From assembly GCA_965112155.1 (NCBI GenBank), contig OZ218101.1: a stretch of DNA of 64,000 nt; one strand, 5' to 3'. Origin of the DNA: Podarcis liolepis (Eukaryota). The notes beneath the pieces were generated by a model, which searched no databases, was not told the DNA's origin, and saw only the letters and a list, made by a program, of their open reading frames with translations. Shown one piece after another: positions 33,040-47,350 of the stretch (positions are counted from its first letter, which is position 1; every line of letters starts with the position of its first letter). Both the position numbers and the translations under genes were made by a program.

Positions 33040-33609
33040 TAGGTCAGCAATAAAAAACAACAACCAAGGTGTCCGTGAAGTTAACTCTTTATTCAAGAAA
33101 TCAAAACAGTGCAGACCTAGTGATCCCAGCAACTCTTCCCAGTACGTCTTGCTCCAACAAGGCAATTGTGAGGACTGAAAGTCCTCACCTCCCCACCGCT
33201 TCCTAAGTCTCCTCCTCTCCAGGATCTTTCCCAAGCAGTCACAGATGCTCTGCCCTCTTCATTTATCTGTGTGTTCTAGGAGAACAGGGGAAAGGGGAGT
33301 TGGTTGCAGTATGAGAGGGAGACTCCTGGCTTCTTCAACAGCCTTCTTCTCTCTCTCCTGACCCCACTCCGCTCCAGCCTCTGCTACTGCCTCAGAGTCT
33401 GAACAACCCTCTGCCACAGCCTCTTCCTGTTCACCCAACCTGTTACCTCTTCCGACATCCACCGCGTCCGACACCACCTCCTTCCAGTCTGCTCTTTCTT
33501 TTCCCTCTGACCATTCACCGTCGTCCCACCACCAATCTCCTGATCCTGAGCCTTCTTCCCTTGGGGTTCCCCAGCTGGTGCCCTCCACCACTTCTCTGCA
33601 TCCATGACA
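33040..33609 (-). mobile_element. Probable solo LTR
   Basis: Right end TCCATGACA (TGTCA on minus), purine-skewed body, TTTATT poly(A) signal on minus; similar sequence at about 40780-41210 and 39870-40180. Confidence 0.5.
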
Positions 33610-34110
33610 AGTTGGGGGGTGGAATTTTTTTGGTGGGTGGGCGGGCTTTTGTTTCTCTTCTACTGTTTAAAGTATTGTTTTATAGTTAAGTTGCAAAGTC
33701 ACTTTTTGTTTGTTAAAACCCAAAGTATTTTTTTCTTTAAGCTAGGAAGAAAATCAGATCAGGGTGAAGAACGCTTGTAAATATTCTGTTTCAATTCTCA
33801 TTGTTTTGTTTTTTTTAAGCTACACTAAAAGCCCCTTTAGAATAACAGTGTTTGACAGGTCTTGTGAAGCAGCTACTGCTGGCACTGAGTCAGGATGACA
33901 GAGCAATAATTTTAAAAACTGCTTTAGTTACTTAAATACAACTCACTTCTAGGAAGACTGCAATAATTTGTTATCTGGTCTAATCAACTCCATCTTTTCA
34001 TTACTACTTTCCTTGCATGGCTTTTTTTTTTTTAATGTGTGATACACACAATACGGTATCTGAATACAAACAAGGACCAAGAACCAAGTTTCCACTTCCA
34101 CTTCATAGTA

Positions 34111-34587
34111 CAGAAGTGCTTTGGATCCTGAACACCTTGCAAGTTGAACGTTTTGGCTCCCAAATGCCACAAACCCGGAAGTGACTGTTTCGGTTTGCGA
34201 ACTATTTTTGGAAGACGAACGTCCGATGGGTCTTCTGTGGCTTCCGATTGGCCACAGTAGCTTCCTGTGGCCAATCAGAAGCCACACTGGGGTTTCCGAA
34301 TGTTTTGGAAGTCCAACAGACTCCTGGAACAGATTCTCTTCGACTTCCAAGGTACAACTGTACAGTGGTACCTCGGGTTAAGTACTTAATTCGTTCCGTA
34401 GGTCCTTCTTCACCTGAAACTGTTCTTAATCTGAAGCACCACTTCAGCCAATGGGGCCTCCCGCTGCCGCTGCGCCGCCGGAGCACAATTTCTGTTCTCA
34501 TCCTGAAGCAAAGTTCTTAACCTGAGGTACTATTCCTGCGTTAGCGGAGTCTGTAACCTGAAGCGTATGTAATCCGAGGTACCACTG
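34111..34587. mobile_element. Two adjacent Tc1/mariner MITEs sharing one TA (34111-34360 and 34363-34587)
   Basis: TA|CAGAAGTGC...GGTACAACTG|TA|CAGTGGTACCTCGG...CCGAGGTACCACTG|TA. Confidence 0.8.
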
Positions 34588-36383
34588 TACTATTAATGTA
34601 TGAGTATCCATATGTTGGCATACATTGTATCAGAGGAGAAAGGTCTTTAATACGGACGGGCATAGTATTCATTTCCATACACTGGGTTGGATACAGACCT
34701 GCTATCCTGCAAACATACTCTGGTCCAGCAGAGGCTCCCACTGTAGGTAGAGATGGAAGCATTTTTTTCCTGATTCCTGCACTCCCCCCAGCATCCTTCT
34801 CCATTGTGCTGCAGTGTCCCCCAATCCTCTGGACCAGATTTTGAGGGCAATTAGATGGCTGCTGTGGGAATGGGATATTGGCTAATGCCACCCTGCTTCC
34901 ACCAGTGGGAGCATTTCCTGAGTGCAACTCTGTTCAGGGGAAATTTGGGTACAAACCCTTACATTCAGCATTTTAACAGCCCTGTACTCTTTACTATATT
35001 ACCTGGAAGCAAGTAATTCTAATTATGTAATTGTAAGTAATTATGAGATTGCAACAAAAATGCTTTGCTATTGGGTTGGGGAGCCCTTTTCCTCCCCAGG
35101 CTGCTTCCCCCTCTCCCACACTACTGGCTACCAGGTTAACCGGGCAGGCAAGAAGGTGGGTAAACCAAAATGATGGATGCGGTCTCTTTTCCCCAGCCAG
35201 CACTTTTTTGCTTTGCCCTCCTGCTGTAGCTGACTCTGTAGGTCCCACAGAGAGGTTCATGGGCTCAGAAGAAGTAAAGCAGGCAGGCAGGCAGGCAGGC
35301 AGGCTGCTCAGAATCATGTGGACAGGAGCAGGGGATGGGTAGAGGACCAAAAATGACCATGGAACCTAATTCTTACTGGGGTGTGGGCCTGGAGGGGAGT
35401 GGGTGGTTGTAACCCAGATAGAAGGACAGGAAGGCCTGTGGCTCAGGGTCAATGATCCTTCATAGAAAAAAAATGTTTCTCTATTTCTGCTTTATATGAT
35501 GCAACAGGACTGGGCTAAAAATAATGTCCCTCTAAAAGCACCAGAGTAACTTTAGTGACGTTTTTTTCCTAGCTGTGAGCATTGTCTTTGTATTGTTCTA
35601 GAAATTTATTTGCTCTGGTAATATGTTCTAATCTTACACCTCTTAACACTTATGTCCATTTTTTCACTGTTCAGCTCTTTTTCTTTAAACCAGTGTCCAC
35701 AATATTGAATTTTTTTTAAATTGAGCTAAGCTTTAAATTAAAGCACAACAGTCATTTTGTTGTGGCTACCAGTGCCGTCATCTTCTTTTTTTTAAGCATT
35801 TGCTATCCAAGCCCAGAGTGTTTTCCTAGGTCCTGGAAGAACATATTTGGCATGCTTGTTTGTGAAATGAACTTGCAGTGCTGCATTGTCCCATCTTCAT
35901 AATGAGGAAATGACTCTTTGCCAAGACAGGCAACTTCATTTACTGGGGGAGCATGTAAGGTATGCATGATAGTAGATTATCACATTTATCAAGTATCAGT
36001 ACTAACTTGGTATTTGTCCCTGGCCTTTTCTCTGCTAAGTGAAGTCCTATATTTTGTGTCCATCTGTTCTGTCGTTTCTCTCTCTCTCACACACACATAT
36101 ATTGAGAACAGTTGGTACAAATAGTTTATTAATAGTCTGTAGTTCATAGAACTTGATGTAAGGGCTCTGTGCTTTGTATTTCATTTATTTATGTCATATG
36201 ATGTGATGCTTCTGACCCAATGCCATACAGTTTGGGAATATTTTGCTTCTAGTGAGGCCTGCCATTTGGCTGCAGGGGTTCTTGTTTGGAGATTAGGCTT
36301 TTAATGTGTGAATTCTTCAATTACTCGTTACTTCTTCAGAGCTAAAGTTTTTGATAAAGCATTTCAGCTAGAAGCAAACAACA

Positions 36384-36387
<4 letters not shown>

Positions 36388-36416
<29 letters not shown>
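36388..36416. repeat. (CA)n microsatellite
   Basis: Seen directly. Confidence 0.95.
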
Positions 36417-36419
<3 letters not shown>

Positions 36420-39400
36420 TTCTTTTGTTTGGAATGGATGGGTGAGGAGCAAGAGGAACAGAGTTACATTTTCCGTACCATCTCTTTAAAAAAAATGTTT
36501 ATGTAAGGAAGGACTAGAAATAATTTCAAATTCCTGGAATCTACTTCTAAGATTTTCTGGGATCCAGCATTACGTTCAACAGATTCATATAAGAGCTTGT
36601 ACATATTTTGTAAAAGGACAAATCATAACGTCCATGTCCATGTTTTATGATGGTTAAAAAGACTGCAGATTTTCACTTCAGTTTGTTGTCTTACTGGGAA
36701 AATGGTATTTGACAGCTGCTGGCAAACATTGGCTCTTTCTCTCCGGCTACAGTTACTGTTGGTTTCCCACTATTGTGGTAACAGTTGGTTTGTACACTAC
36801 CTTAAAGGTATGTTTGCTGCTACCTGTTTGGGAGCATATGTAGTAAGGAGACCATGGAGAGCAATAGATGATACAGTACCTCTTGGCTGCTTAAAGCAAT
36901 TCATTCTGGCTGTGGGAATTTTATGGGGTGAAGAGGACACAGGCAGAATAAAGGGAAACAACCAAGAGTAGAAGCAGCAGCTGCTAAGATCCTGAGGCTG
37001 GGAATTCTGCCAGCTCCTGGTTCTGCTCGCAGTGGGCAATAATTGTTGAACAAGTTCCTAGTCCCAATGGGACTCAAATGCCCAGCACTACACAACACAA
37101 TTAATTACAATTATTATTTTTAACAAGAGTTGTGGTGATGGAGTTGAGCCGTGGATGAAACGTGTAAAAGAAATGGTATAATGCTGTTGGAATTTCATCT
37201 TATCTGTACTGGTTTTATGTGCACTTAAAGGTTACAATTTTCATGAGCTTGCAGCACTAAATTATGTCTTGTGGTATACAATTTCATGTTTTTGATGGAT
37301 CAGAGAAATTCCACTTGAATTCCAAGTCTCTTCCTGTAGCACAGAGCAGTGTCTGGTCGCTGAATTTTTATTGTGACTAGCTACTCCAGTGTTAACTGCA
37401 GCACTAATTTCTAAACCCTTCAGGGGGGAATGTAGTGCACTTACAACATGAGGATGAGGCAGTGATTTTTAAGAAAAGTATATTGGCTAAAACCAAACGG
37501 CTTTTTATGAACAAGCTACAACAAGTTTTAGCTATTGCATCCCAATATTCATTCATTCCCCTGAGGCTTTATGTAGCCTATTACATGCTTATGGCCAGTG
37601 TGGTAGTTTGTGTTTCTCCTAGGTTAACAATTTTTCAGTTCTGCAGAAAGCCATGGGCCTTTTGATGGTTTTTCATATTTTGCACATACATCCTATGACT
37701 GCACACCTGTGCAGCCTAAATGAATGCAACATTGCTGTATTTGTGTTTATTTCAAGCATTTTGCCTGTCACCACAGTTCAAGAGGAAAATCTGCACATGG
37801 GGAACAGAAGTTTAGTATGCTAATAAATTCTTTGCTCGGGAATGACAGCAATGTTGATGGCTGCAGTGTAACAATGACATACTGGTCCTGGAATGTTGAA
37901 ATGATCAAAGTAACCTTAGCATGTCTTTGTGCACATATCTCTATGTTATATACCAGTTGTTGGCATGAAAGTCATTTCTTCCATGCTATTGAATAAATGG
38001 CCTAGATCAAAGTTTACCACGGTGCTCTCTCATTTCCAGTTACTTTAAGATCGGTTGTGATAGAATGGCTAGAATTTTGGGACGGGATGTGAAAAGCCCA
38101 GATCACCACTTGGCTACGACGTTCACACAATAGATATGACGTTTGGCAAATCATTCTAAATTAAGTGTGAATAAAGAATGCATAAAATGTAAAAAAATGT
38201 ATAAAATATAAATAAAAGAATGAATAGAAATGAGAGACATGAAAATGGAAAAATAAGGGAGCATGGTGGAATTCGCAAACAGCAGAACTCTGCAAAATGC
38301 TCATTCTACTTGTTCAGTGGCCTTGTTCACACATCGTTGTAAGTCATGGTTAATGGCTCTTTCACTGCTCTCCTAGAAGGAAATGAGCCACTATCCTTCC
38401 CTGAGCATTCATTCTTAACCAGAGAGCGTGGTTTATTTTACTCCAAACAAACCATGCTCTTAAGCCAAGGACTGGGGTTGTTGTTCACACTAGTGGAGAA
38501 GTGAAGAGGGAGCAATCTAGTCATTCACAGAAGCTGTCATCCATGACTTAGGATGAGAAGCGAGCCTGCCTAAAAAAGTTACCATTAAAATGAAATGAAT
38601 ACTATCATTATAAAGTTCTAGGTAGTGGCCCTTCATTTCATGTATTGCAAAGAAAATGTACACAAGCATTATATGCATTTATATATTTTATTTGAGGCTT
38701 ATTGATGTTGCAGTTTCATGTATAGCTTGACAAAGAGGGATGTGACCCATTAGTCTTGTTAATGTGTTTTTGTAGGAGGCATCTGAGGAATTCTGCTATG
38801 AGTATTGTATTTCTTTGTAGCCACAATAAGCGTCCTCTGTTGAATAGTATCACTTTTCATGTCGGTCTTTAGAGCATGTGAAAGCATCTTCAAAACTCCT
38901 TTTAAAATGATCTGCAAGTACTAAGTGAATTCTATGCAGAACTTTTGAGTGATAAAAAGCAGAAGTTTTCTTTATTTGAATTTTGAGCTAGGGTGTTAAT
39001 CCTTCTCTGGTTATTTTCCCTTTTCATTTTTTATCATTAGTTGCTTTGTTGTGACGAGTGTTTCAGAGTTGGTAATAGTTGCATGTAGCGAGAAGCAGAG
39101 TGAACAAGCTGAAATTCTAACAACTTGTTCCTTGAGTGTGTTTATATAATGGTGTAAAAACGACACATCATGCTAGTTTTAACTACAGTTTGTATGAAAC
39201 GAAGCAAACTTTCATTTATCTCCGTGTGTTTAGAGATATGAGAGCAGAGGGTCTTCAGGTTAGAGTGATGGACCAAAGAGGCAGCATGATTTGAGTCTCC
39301 ACCGACTGCTTCCAAATATCAAATTCAGTTTTCATCTGCAGGTCTAGCTGAGAAAACGTGGCTGGTCCAAGGTCAACTAATAAGCTTCATGGCTGAATGA

Positions 39401-39535
39401 GGGATTTGAACTTGACTCTCTCCCAGACTGGTTCTGTCTCAGGCAGTGGTGCCAGCTTGGGGATGGGGCTCTAGCTGAACTAGGGTCCTCGGCTGGGCAC
39501 AGAGTCCAGGGCCAACGGATCACATTCCACTAGAA

Positions 39536-39866
39536 CAGGGGTCTGCAACCCGCGGCTCTGGAGCCGCATGTGGCTCTTTTACATCTTTGCTGCGGCTCCG
39601 GGGCGGATACTAGCAAGGGGAGGAGGCGCATTGTGTGCCCCGACACTCCTCACTGTGGCGGGCGCTGTACTGGCTGTGACGTCGCATGGGGGCGGTGCGT
39701 GCGTTAGTCACGCACCGTCCCGACGTCACCTTCCCGCCCGCTGTCAGATCGTGGCTCCGGAGATATATTTGTTTTAAATGTCGCAATGGTTTTGCGGCTC
39801 CCAGTTGTTTTTTCTTCGGAAACGGGTCCAAGTGGCTCTTTTTGTCTTAAAGGTTGCAGACCCCTG
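39536..39866. mobile_element. Young hAT MITE
   Basis: Perfect 15-bp TIR CAGGGGTCTGCAACC/GGTTGCAGACCCCTG, perfect 8-bp TSD CACTAGAA, CpG-rich interior. Confidence 0.9.
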
Positions 39867-42800
39867 CACTAGAACTAGTTCCAGATCCAGGAAGCTCCAG
39901 TTCCAGATCCAGGAAGTCAAACAAAGGTCAGGTTCCAGTGAGGCAAGTTCAGACAAAGCAGAAGTAAAGTCCGAAAGGCAAACAAGCTATGCTGAATAGT
40001 TCCAAGTGGCGTTTGGGAAGGCTACATGCCACTTGGAACTATTCAGTGCTCCAACACCCAGCCTGAGCCTTCCTTTCCCCACTCCTGATGAGGGAAGCCT
40101 CAACTCTTAAAGGGGCCAGCCTGTTTTTGGAGCTGTGGAGTCCAGTGGTGCAGGGGAGGCCATGGTTCTATTATGGCCTCTCAGCTGGAGTCCTTTGAGT
40201 CTAATGACAGTAATGCAACCTTTTGAGGCCAGAGAGGTGCTGGCATCACAGACTCCTGTGATGCTACAGCTTCTGAGAGGGCGTGCCTGTCAACAGCTGA
40301 CTCATAAGCTACATTCTCCTCCCAGTCAGATATATTTTCTAACTTCATGAACTCTTTGCCTGAGGATGAGGAGACAGAGGGCTGAGTCATGTACTTCTGC
40401 TTTTATACCAGGTTCATTGGCTTCCAATTCAAAATGTGCAGTTAAAGTTGAAGAGCACAATATGCTAAGGATTGCCTCCGCCAATATGGTCCTGCATGCA
40501 TCCTGCAATCAGCAGGAGAGGGTCTTCTTTGTGCTTTATCACTAGATGAAATAACTAATTATCAGGCTATGAGGATACAGCACCTTGTGAATTTAATTTT
40601 TGCTTTTGATCGCTTGTTTAGAATGGCACTAGAAACCTATAAAGGTACTACCAGTCAATCTAGTATTCAAGGCCATTTCAGATAAAATGAAAAGGATATG
40701 TGTATTCTGGAAAATACACTTTAGCATTGTGGCATTCCGCCTACCCTCTTGGTTTAAATAAGATTTTGTATTCACCTGCAATCAGGTACTGGCAGGATGC
40801 TGACAACTGTGCATCGGGAGAAGCAGGGCTAGAGTCTGACTTGGCAAAGAGGGCCAGTGGTTTATGGGGACCTGTGCCAGCCAGGAGGCCAGTCAGAGGC
40901 AGGGGAAACTTCAGAGCTGGAGGGTGGAGCACAGGAAGGATCAGAGGAAGACGCAGGTTTGGCAAGTGAAGGGCCTTCCACCCTCTCCTGCCCCACTATC
41001 TCCCAGAACCAGAAGGAGATTGAAGAGCGAAGAGCAGAGGAAGCTTCCATGCAAGCGTAGTTTCTGCATGCATCCCATCAGGAGGAGGTACATACCTGGT
41101 GGAGGGGGAGTGGCCTCTTGTTGCTGCAACTGCTCCATAGAACTGGGTATAGCAGCCTAGATGCTAGACCGGTGTGCATGGGCACTCGGAAATGTAGAAA
41201 TAATTGTGTCAGCTTAACAATGAAGAATTACCTTTCTGCCGTGTGCATTTGGCTGGGGAGTGCCCTTCACACCTGCATATGATCCATGGATTGCACAAAA
41301 AGAAAATTCACTTGTGTTGGATCCGAGTAAAAAGAAGAGTTCTCAGCATGAACACACATTGAATGGATTCAGTTGCAGAAATTGTTGCCACAGTCATTTC
41401 CCCGTCTTAAGAATTCAAAGTAAGATGCTTGAACAACAGGCAGACCATTGTAGAACTGTAAATTGTACACTTGAATATGCAGAATAGGTGGCTTCTGGGT
41501 TGTGCTAATTTACGTTGTGTGCTGAAAACTTTCCCCCCCTTCAGGTTCACCCCTTCACTAATTTTCTCTCCTGAAACAAGGATCAAATGTGGATGCTGAA
41601 GTTTTCCACTTAAATTATTCATTCATCTTTTCCAATGGATGACTCTTCTCCAGTGGCATAATCTCATGTGAAGCTGGTGTCCTAAAATATGTTTTGTTTT
41701 TTGATGTTTTAATTGTTTCCTCATTTGTGTGTGTGTTTGCCACCCTTGGCTTCTTTGGAAGGAAGGGTGGGATATAAATCATCTTCTTCTTCTTCATAGA
41801 TATAGTGTGTCCAATGACACAGGTTAATAAGCGTGCACAGGATTGTATGATGGAGGAGAGCGGGACCACGTAAGTTAACCTTACACTGGCCCCTTTCAAT
41901 GCTGTTTTTACACTGAGGGCATGTCTGGTGTGGGAGAGCCTGTCAACTTGCCCAAGCTGTCCTCATGAGCTAGAACTCTGATCATTCGTGGGGTACAGCA
42001 CTTCCCTGACTACATTACCCAGAATGCCTCACTTTGAGACAGGAACCCCTTGGCCTTTCCTAGAGTGAGGCAGGAGGCCATGCAGTGGCTGGTGGAGAGC
42101 CTTGTGAGGTGGGTGTGTAAGAAGTGGTGTGGTGGCAGTGGCAAGGCCAGATGGACAATGAAGCAGGCAAGCAAGCAATTGGGGAGTGGGAGGGGGTGAC
42201 AGTTTTTTGCTCCCCTGAACCCTGAGACAGTTGCATTCTCATTTCCTCCCCCGTTATGTAGCTTCTCTCGCTTGAGTTCAAGTGATTGGCGTTAAACTGA
42301 TGCTGGTGTCATGGTCAGTACACTTCCTTCTGCGCTTAACACTTATCTGTCAAACAGCCTACCAGCCATTCAAGAGGAATCTTACTCTCATATGGGTTCT
42401 ATTGGTACTGTTTTAATGGTGTAATGCCTTTGATCAGGTACCTGGCTGTGTAAACAAAACAAAGAACAGAAATTATGAACATTTTGAGGACTTTCTTGTG
42501 CTTGTTGTTTGTTTGCTACAAGACTTAAATTGGACCTTGTTGTGAGCGTATCTTCTCTGGATAATTTCATTTATTGGTGCCTTGAACTGAGGTGACTGTA
42601 TGGCCACACACACACCATACATGGTAGCCTAGTTCACAAGCCAATGTGTCCTTGAACCTGCCTTTTTGTTTGTCAAATCAAGAATGAGAAGCCTTTAAAC
42701 AGCTTAAGTGTCAGCACTTTCTGCAGCTGACAGGAAACTGATCTGCTGCTTGGCCCTTTGCAGTGGGTGCTTATATACTAATGGCATGTCGCTCGGACCA

Positions 42801-45800
42801 GAAATTCCCTTTTGCATAGGTCTCTCTACAGCTGAGATGGTGGTGACTAGGGACAGTGGTGGTGTCTGCCATTTTGCAACCAGTCAGGATTGTCTGTGGA
42901 AAAAGCAATCATGTGCTGCTTGAGTGGCTACTTTTGTCTGGGTGTGACACCTCCCCCCCCCCAAAAAAAAATTCCTCTGTCACGGTCAAAGCCTGCTTGA
43001 GAGGAAAAGATTGCACTGCTCTTCAGCTGTCAAAACACTGACTTGCTTCAGGGTTAAAGGTTAATGAAAACTGTAACTTGAGCTGCCTGATGTAGGAAAT
43101 CTAATTAGTAAGGGCAATTAATTCAATCACTTGGGATTTTTGGGATTCCCTCCCTCCATTCAGGATTTTAATAATATGTTTCGGATATACATTTAGTCCT
43201 TTTCTTGCGTTAAAGAACTTCCCTGTTTCAGATTAACTGACAGCACTTGAAGCTATGAGTTTTTGAAGTGGAGGAATGCATGAAGTATAAATTTGATGGG
43301 TGTGGCAATTAGGCTATTCGTAGCTCTGCTTTCTTCCTTTTGGGGTGATGTGTATTAAGGTACCTGGTGCAGATAAGAAGATAGTGCGCTGCCCTCATTG
43401 TTAAAGCATAATACAATTATTAAGCACCCGCCACCTGTTAGTATCATTCTTTCTAAAGGTCATTGTGTGGTGCCTTGCTGTCTGACTTTAACAGCCCTAT
43501 ATCAGGTTTGTTGGCTACTGTATTGTGTGGACAAATGTTTGAGAGAAGAATGTGACACCAATAGCCAAAAGAAGTTGGGAGGAGGAGAAACTCACTAATG
43601 TATCGCTTTATGATTTCTGCTGTGTTGAATTTATTAAGTAACTCAGACTTGGCAAAGATGTTTAGCAAAGTTCTAACAGTAAACTGCAACGCTACCACCC
43701 TGCAATCTACATTGTTGCTTTTCTGTTGTGTTTCAAGTTCAATGAGTCATTCTGCAATTTGTGTGTAATCACCCATGTGTGTTCTTAAAAATAAAGTAAT
43801 TGTAGCACTTTAAAAGGGTCTCAAAAGTCTAGTTCACTAATCCACTAAGAGAAACGTAATCAGAAGCAGAGCTCATTTTATACTAAACTCGTGGTCAAAA
43901 CTGAGGGGGGAAACCCCTATTGAACCCATAGTCAGAAGTACCAAGTTTCATTAACAGTGAATTAAAGGAGAGAGAGGAAAACCATTTAGCCATTAACCTA
44001 ATGGTTCGGATTTATAAACCCCATTGCTATAAGATCTTTTACATTTCCACTGAAGCCCGCTATGTGCTTGTTCTTGTTAATGAAAAAAATCATTCTTTCT
44101 TAATTGCCACTAAAAAGATACTTAATCGGTTGATGCAGAGTTTGACCACATCTTAATTAGCTACGCAAATCAGTCAGGTGATGAGTTGAGTTTCAATTTT
44201 GTACATGCTATATCTGCTCTAGTGGGGGGGGGGGAACGTTATTTGAGCTAAGTATGAATTTTTGTTGTTGTTGTTGTTGGTATCAACCGCCAAGAATGCA
44301 CCACCAGTTTTAAAGGTTGCTAATTATTTTCCAAGCTCAGTTTTAAATGCTGGTTCTTAACCTTTTAGAAGTCCTAAATGGCCTTTTATGATGCTACTTG
44401 AAGTGAGTGTCTCTTTCCACCTCATCTGGTGAAGGCCAGTTTTCCATTGCATCATCATCATCATTTCTACAGCCTTAAGTGGGGACAGACTATCATCTTG
44501 GGATCAGAAACAAATGCTTCACACTGCTACTTTTTATATTTATGTGTGAGCATGTGTGAGGCATGTCCCCCACATGACCTGCTTTTAGACTTCAAGTACG
44601 GATGTATTTCTTCCTTCAGGCCTGTGGACATGGCTGACTTTTGAGAGTTGGCGTCTTCTGCTGCTGAATTGCTGTTTTATTATGCTTTCATGGTTTTTAT
44701 GTGGCACTGCTGTGTTATATTTTAATGAATTGTTTGTGTATTGCCTGGGAACCTTCAATGTGTTATATATGCAATAAATAATAATTTTATCCACTCTTTT
44801 CTGATAATAATGGGATAAAATACTACCAATTGCCTGTACGTAGAAATTATTCAAGACCTATTAACTTGACTGCAGCTGTTTTTCTAACCTGTGTAGCATG
44901 GATTATAACTTTTTAAAATGTACTATTAGAAGTTATATGGTCAATATTTCACAGGAAAATGCTTCTGTCCTAATCTTCAGCTGTATAACTTGCTGCCATT
45001 AAGATAGGAATATCTGAAGTTAGATGTTGGCTCTTTTGACTGGATTTGCACTTTAAGATTTCATTCCATATAGACTAACTTGGACAGTAAATGAATAGCA
45101 CCACATCCTTTATCACATCATCACACCACAACATCCTTATTTACATTGTTCTGTTTAAATGAAATAGTTAATTTCAGTAGAAAGTTTCAAAGAGTTTTCT
45201 GTGACACATACCTTTCCATGATCTTACCTTTTAGTAATGTAAAATCCATAAAAGAGTTATGAAGTGGTTGAACAATGTTCTGAAATGAAAAACTTGTAAT
45301 ACTTGTTTTGAAATCTATTTATTAGACCTCTGAATTAAAAAAAAGAAAGAAATCTGTTTTGAATACAAGAAGTATAACCGTCCTGCCAAATTGTAGATAA
45401 GAACTGAGGGATTCATAAACATTATTAATGTTTTGGAAAGCCGCTTTTATGCTAAAGTATTTGGAATTCTGTACAAATGAGATAACAGTAGGTCTAAATG
45501 ACAAATTAAGGATTTTTTAAAAATCCCCAGCGTGTCTCTTGCAGTAATGGATTTATGGAGGAAGTATGTTTTAGTTGGATTTGTAATTAAGGTTTTTCCA
45601 TTAAAGGAAATAAAATCTATTCCTGTAGAGCAGTATCTTTCTGTTCAGAGTAGGTGGATTGAAAGAGTAGGAAAACTGAACAATTTTAATCCGATTTCCC
45701 TATGACAAGCCAGTATTCAGAATGGCTTCCTGTAGTGTAAAGTTCAAAGATTAAACATTGTTTGTTTTGCTAATCTTCAGTATATTCTGACTTTTAGCAA

Positions 45801-47350
45801 TTAAGAAGTGAATAAATTATTCCACTTCTCAGGGTAATGTACAATACATATAAAGGAACCAAGTGAGTGAGGGTTTTTTACCTGAATAAATGAATCTGGT
45901 GCAAGATAAATATTGAAATGTATGTATATTTCACATGGAGTCCTAAATTACTGGTTATTAGTGGTGACCTAAGCAAGATCAGAGACTAACAGCTTCCTAC
46001 TATAGTTACTTTTCAATAGCTTCTAAAGAGTTCATCCTTAGCCATAACTCCTGGAGTAAGTTGATAAATGCTATCAAAATTAATTTTGGTTACAGCAGTG
46101 CGTTTTCTAATTTAATTCAGGGACTCAGATTTCCAAAGCAACAATTGGATTCCACCCCACATGTATTTCATTTTAAAATACTATGAACCTTCTCCAACAG
46201 CTCGAACATTTTCTTACAGCTTTATATATTTTGGGTAAAGCCTGGCTTTGCCTGTTAGTCGCAAGGTACTGGAATGACTGTTATCTGAGAGACTGTGGGA
46301 CATTCTCCATCCTTTGGGCTTCCCTCTTCCATCATTAAGGAGGCAGAGACAGGTTGCTGAGAGGCTCCTTACCTTCCTGCCACTAACAGGGAAGCAGGGT
46401 TTTGCTTGTGCTATTTTGTGCTCTTTCTCTCACTCTGTCTCTCTCCTCTACTTTCCTTTCCATACCTGCATGGACTAGCCCAGTTACAGAAACCTTTTCT
46501 ATTAAATTGCTGGTTTCACTTGGTACCCTTAAGGGAGAAAGGGGGTGTCTCCAGGGGAAGAGGCAGAACAACCAGAGACTTCATTGAACAAGCTCTTCCC
46601 TAGAGAGCTTTTTCTCACAGCCCTTGGCTAAAGTTGTGTCCACCTCACAGTTTCCCTCCCATTCTCAGAAAGGAGCAATGACCACATCTTCTCTGCCAAA
46701 GGGGTCAGAACGGACCAGTCCGCCCATGCCAGTCCAATTCATTGTACATTCAAGTTCTCTTCCCTACAAAAGACCACCACGAATTCAGTACATTTCTGGT
46801 GCACATACCTGCGGCGAATCATTTTTTCATGACAATAATACCTGCTGGAGGTGAAGGCTTAAGGGTGCTTGTGATAAGCATGTGGAAGCAGCAGCACCCC
46901 CCCCCCCAAGGCTTCAGGGCCTTTTTACCTGCACTGAGGTTTTCTGTCATATAAATGTTTGGGCTTCTTTGCTAGAGCCACCTACCTCTGGGACAGCCAA
47001 AGATGGGCTAAATACTCTCAACAACATTGTTGCTGGATATTGTACAAAACTCTGGAATATCTTGCTCTGACACTGGGAGGCTGACCCAAGATTCAGTATT
47101 GGTTTCTGGGCATGTCTTTTCCTGGGTTAAGATATTTGGCAAAGCCTTAGAGGAAGAGTGGCCCTACAACTTATGTATGTGGTGGTTTTATATTCTGATT
47201 TTATCCTGTCAATAATGGTGGTGGTGGTGATGATGATGATACAACTGTCATCAGCCCCAGCCAGCATTGCCAATAGTCAGATGGTGGCAGCTGTAATCCA
47301 GTAACATCAGGACAGCTACAGATTAGCCGTCCCTGCCTAGTGACAGTGTT

